Position numbers and translations under genes: made by a program | The notes under the pieces: generated by a model | Databases searched by the model: none | What the model saw: only the letters and a program-made list of their open reading frames with translations | Told to the model about the DNA's origin: nothing | In this document: positions 27,328 to 32,000 of the stretch, piece by piece | How positions within the stretch are numbered: the stretch's first letter is position 1 | Layout of the letters: each line of letters begins with the position of its first letter | From: Geotalea uraniireducens Rf4 | GTDB taxonomy: Bacteria > Desulfobacterota > Desulfuromonadia > Geobacterales > Geobacteraceae | Length of the DNA: 32,000 nucleotides | Direction: 5' to 3' | NCBI RefSeq assembly: GCF_000016745.1 | Contig: NC_009483.1 | Location: 4,590,001 to 4,622,000, forward strand

Positions 27328-28409
27328 GCTTGCTCCCTCGTCATCTCATCTACTATCACCTGTGCAGCATCCAGCTGCGCCAGGCTGCGGGCATTTCTGC
27401 CGGTCTGCTCAATCTTCCCGGGGTGCGCAATCAACTCCATTACCTGAAAAGCAAGGCTCTCTCCGGACAGTTCCCGCTCCAGTATCATGTATCCCGCCTC
27501 TTTCTTGAGAAGCGCCTCGGCATTTCGACGCTGATGGTCGTCGGCGGCATACGGATAAGGAATGAATATACAGGCCTTGCCACAGGCCGTAACTTCGGCA
27601 ATGGTCGTCGCGCCTGCACGACAAACGATCATATCTGCGTTTGAATATGCCGCGGCCATGTCGTCGATGAACGGCGTCACCTCCGCCGCAAATCCTGATT
27701 GTTCATAAGTCTTTCTAACCTCGGCCTGGTCTTTTTCACCGGTCTGATGAGTGATGATGAGGCGTTCCTTCACGCCTGCCAGAAATGGCAGAGACTCGAT
27801 CATTGCCGTGTTGATGCGGTGGGCGCCGGCGCTGCCGCCAAATACGAGCAGCTTCAGTTTCTCGTCGCTCGCCGGTGTTTTCTGTCCCAGCGGCACGTTC
27901 CAGAGTATCTCCTTGCGCAACGGATTGCCGGTCAAAATCGTAGCATCCTCGGGAAAAAACTTCCTCGACTCCTCGATGGAGATGAACACTTTTTCGGCAA
28001 ACCGGGCCAAAAGCTTGTTGGTGAGCCCGGGAATGGCGTTTTGTTCATGGATGAAGCGCCGGATTTGCATCCCTCGCGCAGCCAGCACAACCGGAGCCGA
28101 AGCATAACCGCCGACACCGAGGACAAGGTCGGGGCGGAATTCCTTGAGTATGCGTCTCGACTGGGCATAGCCATAGAGAAGCTGCGCTGCGCTCCTTATC
28201 TTGGCCAGCGGACTCTGCCCCTTGATCCCGCTGGCGGTGATGCATTCGAGCCGGTAGCCGAGCCGGGGCAGCAATCTCGCCTCTATGCCGCGCTCGGTGC
28301 CGACGAAAAGCACCTCGTTGGAATGGTTCCGGGCCAGGAATTCCTCGGCAACGGCAATACCGGGAAAGAGATGGCCACCTGTTCCGCCGCCGGCGATGAG
28401 CAGCTTCAT
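27312..28409 (-). CDS. murG: Undecaprenyldiphospho-muramoylpentapeptide beta-N-acetylglucosaminyltransferase
   Basis: [18 protein letters not shown]-terminus, GT28 family, dcw position. Confidence 0.92.
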   Translation of the reverse strand: MKLLIAGGGTGGHLFPGIAVAEEFLARNHSNEVLFVGTERGIEARLLPRLGYRLECITASGIKGQSPLAKIRSAAQLLYGYAQSRRILKEFRPDLVLGVGGYASAPVVLAARGMQIRRFIHEQNAIPGLTNKLLARFAEKVFISIEESRKFFPEDATILTGNPLRKEILWNVPLGQKTPASDEKLKLLVFGGSAGAHRINTAMIESLPFLAGVKERLIITHQTGEKDQAEVRKTYEQSGFAAEVTPFIDDMAAAYSNADMIVCRAGATTIAEVTACGKACIFIPYPYAADDHQRRNAEALLKKEAGYMILERELSGESLAFQVMELIAHPGKIEQTGRNARSLAQLDAAQVIVDEMTREQACTEK

Positions 28410-29509
28410 GGCGTCCCCCTCATCCGTGACGAAACATTGAGCAACATACCTACGGCAAACAGGCTGATAATCAGGGAACTACCTCCGTAGCTGATAAAGG
28501 GAAGGGCCAGCCCTTTCGTCGGCAGCATACCGGTCACAACCCCCATGTTGATGAACGCTTCAAGCCCCAGCAGAACGGCAATGCCGAAGGCGAGAAAACG
28601 GCCGAAATTGTCTTCCGCGCCTACCGCAACCCGGATACTGCGCTGAATCAGCAGGAGAAACATGGCGGCAATCACCATAACTCCGATAAATCCCAATTCC
28701 TCTCCCACCACCGAGAGGATGAAATCCGTATGGGCCTCCGGCAGATAGAAAAGCTTCTGCTTCCCTTCGCCGAGCCCCTGGCCGAAGATCCCTCCGGTGC
28801 CGAAGGCAAGCCAGGACTGGATGATCTGGAAACCCGAATTGGTAGGGTCCGACCAGGGATCGAGGAAAGCCGTGATGCGCCTCATCCGGTAGGCCTCGGT
28901 CACGACGAGGTAACAGGCAAACGGTGCCGCCAGCACACCCATGCCGAGGATATAACGGGGTCTGGTGCCTGCGGCAAACAGCATGGCAAGGGCAACGGCA
29001 CCCATGGTCAATGCAGCTCCCATGTCGTGCTGTTTGAGAAGAATGGCGAGCAGGACCGCCAGAATCACCATGTACGGCAGGAAGCCGGACATGAATTCCT
29101 TCAGCTTCTCCTGTTTCTTATCGAGTGAGTAGGCCATGTAAATAATGAGCGCCACCTTTGCCATCTCGGACGGTTGAAAATTGAAGCCGGGCAGACGAAT
29201 CCAGCGGGATGCCCCCTTGGCCGTTCCACCAATGCCGGGAATGAAAACCAGGATAAGCAGCGCCAGACACGCAAGCAGTACCGGCACGGCAACCCGCCGC
29301 CAAACATGGTAATCGACCTGCATGGCAATTGCCATTACCCCGAAGCCGAGCAGTGCGTAAATACCCTGTCTTTTCAGGAAATAGAAACCGTCGTTGAATT
29401 TTTTTGCTGCCATTATCGACGAAGCGGAATAGACCATGACTACGCCGAAACAGGTGAGCATCACCACCATCAGCAGAATTATCATGTCATATCCCTCTAT
29501 TTTCTTCAC
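28406..29509 (-). CDS. ftsW: Peptidoglycan glycosyltransferase FtsW (SEDS family)
   Basis: Polytopic SEDS protein located between murD and murG. Confidence 0.9.
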   Translation of the reverse strand: MKKIEGYDMIILLMVVMLTCFGVVMVYSASSIMAAKKFNDGFYFLKRQGIYALLGFGVMAIAMQVDYHVWRRVAVPVLLACLALLILVFIPGIGGTAKGASRWIRLPGFNFQPSEMAKVALIIYMAYSLDKKQEKLKEFMSGFLPYMVILAVLLAILLKQHDMGAALTMGAVALAMLFAAGTRPRYILGMGVLAAPFACYLVVTEAYRMRRITAFLDPWSDPTNSGFQIIQSWLAFGTGGIFGQGLGEGKQKLFYLPEAHTDFILSVVGEELGFIGVMVIAAMFLLLIQRSIRVAVGAEDNFGRFLAFGIAVLLGLEAFINMGVVTGMLPTKGLALPFISYGGSSLIISLFAVGMLLNVSSRMRGTP

Positions 29510-30867
29510 CGCCCTGCTCCGTCATCAAGAGAGCGGACGAGGGACTTGAAGCACTCCCCGCGCTCTTCATAGTTCTTGAACATGTCAAAGCTGGAACAGG
29601 CAGGAGAGAACAGAACCACCCCGCCCGGAGAAGTCAGCCGGTGCGCAAGCGCCACCGCATCTTCCAGCGTATCGGCCAAATGGGTATCGGTGAGGGAGCC
29701 CAACGCGTTGCACATCCTCTCTTTTGCCTCGCCGATAAGGATGAGGTGGCCGACCCGCTCCTTGACCAGCCCGGCCAGCGGGGTATACTCTCCCCCCTTG
29801 TCCTTGCCGCCGGCAATCAGGGTTATCCCCGAGTCGAAGCTCTCCAGGGATTTGACCACGCTCCCCACGTTGGTCCCCTTGCTGTCCTCATACCAGGCAA
29901 CGCCGTTCACCTCACGGACGAACTCCATCCGGTGAGGCAGACCGGCAAAAGCCTCCAGGGCAGCCAGTGCCTGTCCCGCATCGCACCCCATCAGCAGCGT
30001 GCTTGCCAGCGCCGCCATGATGTTGTCGATGTTATGCACCCCTTTAAGCCGGAAGGAAGCGGTTGCAAAAAGCTCCTCGCGCCCTTCCCAGCGGTAGACT
30101 ATGGAGCCGTTGCGGTAGAAAATCCCCTGCGCCAACTCCTGCCGCTGACTTGTGGGCACCACCCGCGCCTTCATTTTACCGGCATACGCGGCGACGAGCG
30201 GGTCATCCATGTTAAGCACCGCATAATCCGCGCTGGTCTGGTTCTCGAAGATTCTCAGCTTGGCGTCGATATACTCCTGGTAGGTTGCGTAGCGGTCCAG
30301 GTGGTCTTCGGTGATATTGAGCAGCACTGCCACCTGCGGCCGAAAATCGATGATTCCCTCAAGCTGGAACGAACTGAGTTCGACCACTACCCGGTCAACC
30401 GCTTCGCCGCTTGTAACGAGCTCGATGAGCGGGTTACCGATATTGCCGCCGACAAAGGTCTTGAAACCGCAGGCAGCAAAAATCTCACCGGTCAGGGTCG
30501 TAGTGGTGGTTTTACCGTTGGTGCCGGTAATGGCAACGAGGGGCGCTGTGAGAAACCGGGCAGCCAGTTCTATTTCGCTGATCACCGTCCGGCGCTGGGC
30601 CTTGGCCAGCAGCAACGGCTTGATATCCATCGGCACACCGGGGCTGACGACAACCAGGTCCGCCATGAGGAAGCTGTGCCTCTCGTGCCTGCCAAGCTCA
30701 TAATCGATATCCAGGTCGGCGAGCTGCTCCATTAACGGTGCGAGCGCCGCTTCATCCTTCATGTCGGTAACGGTGACCCGTGCCCCCCGCGCTGCCAGGA
30801 AACGGGCCACGGCAACCCCGGTACGGGCCAGACCGACTACCAGTATTTTCTTGTTTAATAATTCCAT
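29506..30867 (-). CDS. murD: UDP-N-acetylmuramoylalanine--D-glutamate ligase
   Basis: [12 protein letters not shown]-terminus, GTNGKTTT P-loop, Mur ligase domains. Confidence 0.92.
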   Translation of the reverse strand: MELLNKKILVVGLARTGVAVARFLAARGARVTVTDMKDEAALAPLMEQLADLDIDYELGRHERHSFLMADLVVVSPGVPMDIKPLLLAKAQRRTVISEIELAARFLTAPLVAITGTNGKTTTTTLTGEIFAACGFKTFVGGNIGNPLIELVTSGEAVDRVVVELSSFQLEGIIDFRPQVAVLLNITEDHLDRYATYQEYIDAKLRIFENQTSADYAVLNMDDPLVAAYAGKMKARVVPTSQRQELAQGIFYRNGSIVYRWEGREELFATASFRLKGVHNIDNIMAALASTLLMGCDAGQALAALEAFAGLPHRMEFVREVNGVAWYEDSKGTNVGSVVKSLESFDSGITLIAGGKDKGGEYTPLAGLVKERVGHLILIGEAKERMCNALGSLTDTHLADTLEDAVALAHRLTSPGGVVLFSPACSSFDMFKNYEERGECFKSLVRSLDDGAGR

Positions 30868-30883
30868 GTTCCTCTTCGCATTC

Positions 30884-30958
30884 GTAGGGGCGGGGTTCCC
30901 CCGCCCTGGTTGCCGCGCCCTGGTTCCCCCGCCCAGGGCGGGGGAACCCCGCCCCTAC
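30884..30958. repeat. GC-rich perfect palindrome (REP-like) in the mraY-murD spacer
   Basis: GTAGGGGCGGGGTTCCCCCGCCCTGG (30884-30909) is the exact complement of CCAGGGCGGGGGAACCCCGCCCCTAC (30933-30958). The loop repeats CCCTGGTTCCCCCGCCC. Confidence 0.9.
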
Positions 30959-30968
30959 ATCATTATGT

Positions 30969-32000
30969 CTACCGCATCTTCAGCGTCGAGATGGCCACCA
31001 GCGCCAGGATGATGGTGATGATCCAGAAACGGACGATGATCTTCGGTTCGGCGACCCCCTTCAGCTCGAAGTGATGATGGATGGGCGCCATGCGGAAGAT
31101 CCTCTTGCCGCGATATTTGTACGACCCGACCTGAAAGATTACAGAGAGCGCCTCGACGACGAAAACGCCGCCGACGATGACCAGCAGGATTTCCTGCTTG
31201 GTGATGACCGCCAGGGTCCCGAGCCCCCCCCCGAGGGAGAGGGAACCCACATCCCCCATGAACACCTCGGCGGGATAGGAATTGTACCAGAGGAAGCCGA
31301 GCCCCGCCCCGACCATGGCGCCGCAAAGCACGGCAAGCTCACCGGAACCGGGAACATAAGGGATCTGCAGGTAACCTGAGAGCTTCGCGTTGCCGGCAAT
31401 ATAGGTAAAGAGCAGATAGGTAGCGGCGTTGATCGCCACCGGGCCGATGGCGAGGCCGTCCAGGCCGTCGGTGAGATTCACCGCATTACTCGCCCCGACA
31501 ATGACAAGGGTGACGAACGGGATGTACAACAGTCCCAGGTCAGGGTGGAGACGCTTAAAAAACGGAAAGTAGAGATCAGTGGAAAAGCCCGCCAGGTTAA
31601 AGAGGAAAATTCCCACCCCGCTCCCGAGCAGCACCTGCCAGAACATCTTCTGCCGTGGAGAGAGCCCTTTCGGGTTCTTTTCCACCACCTTCTTATAATC
31701 ATCGACAAAGCCGATCAGGCCGTAACCGGCGATAATAAAGAGCGTCAACCAGATATATACATTGGTCAGGTCGGCCCAGAGCAGCGTCGGTATGATAATG
31801 GCAGCGAGTATCAGCACTCCCCCCATGGTCGGCGTTCCCTGCTTCTTCAGGTGTGACTCGGGGCCGTCGGTCCGGATCACCTGACGGGCCTGGAGGCTCT
31901 CCAGCCTGCGGATGAGCCAGGGGCCGAGGATAAAGGCAACGACCAGCGCAGTAATCATGGCGTAGATGGTCCTGAAGGTCAGGTATTTGAATACGTTGAA
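30969..32000 (-). CDS. mraY: Phospho-N-acetylmuramoyl-pentapeptide transferase MraY (5' end outside the window)
   Basis: MraY sequence. The frame stays open to the window edge ([19 protein letters not shown]...), so the true start lies beyond 32000. Confidence 0.9.
   Translation of the reverse strand, partial: FNVFKYLTFRTIYAMITALVVAFILGPWLIRRLESLQARQVIRTDGPESHLKKQGTPTMGGVLILAAIIIPTLLWADLTNVYIWLTLFIIAGYGLIGFVDDYKKVVEKNPKGLSPRQKMFWQVLLGSGVGIFLFNLAGFSTDLYFPFFKRLHPDLGLLYIPFVTLVIVGASNAVNLTDGLDGLAIGPVAINAATYLLFTYIAGNAKLSGYLQIPYVPGSGELAVLCGAMVGAGLGFLWYNSYPAEVFMGDVGSLSLGGGLGTLAVITKQEILLVIVGGVFVVEALSVIFQVGSYKYRGKRIFRMAPIHHHFELKGVAEPKIIVRFWIITIILALVAISTLKMR

Overview
32-kb chromosomal window that reads like a Geobacter-type (Desulfuromonadales) genome. 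This is an inference from gene content and order; no database search was possible. Left to right: (1) a SAM-I riboswitch-controlled metY plus ThiS-like sulfur-carrier operon (-). (2) A 0.4-kb AT-rich non-coding spacer with CACGAAT heptad arrays. (3) A four-lipoprotein operon (-): TPR/COG3014-like, YcfL-like, LpoB-like, DUF1566. (4) rpoH (-), preceded by a near-consensus CIRCE operator. (5) ilvE, two small Cys-rich ORFs (one a 2x[4Fe-4S] ferredoxin) and a small lipoprotein. (6) clpB (+), whose leader is filled by a 167-nt imperfect palindrome. (7) A mixed stretch: DUF4160/DUF2442 pair, an unassignable 160-aa ORF with a start-codon/frame problem, elbB, an outer-membrane beta-barrel protein and a B12-type radical-SAM protein. 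(8) A ~4.3-kb decayed mobile/defence-type islet. yhcG and a Bro-N/DinD-like gene are intact. A DNA methyltransferase, Fic, KilA-N and two AlbA_2/RecG-like regulator genes are truncated or broken. It also holds a 5x 10-bp tandem repeat. (9) The distal dcw cluster mraY-murD-ftsW-murG-murC-murB-ddl-ftsQ-ftsA-ftsZ (-), with unusual heptamer arrays on both sides of ddl and a perfect 26-bp GC palindrome between mraY and murD. No rRNA, tRNA, CRISPR array, transposase or integrase gene was seen. I do not see a convincing intact multi-gene system that is clearly novel. The best follow-up candidates are the metY/ThiS-like thiocarboxylate module, the clpB-leader palindrome, the ddl-flanking heptamer arrays, the DUF4160/DUF2442 pair and the decayed islet next to ftsZ.
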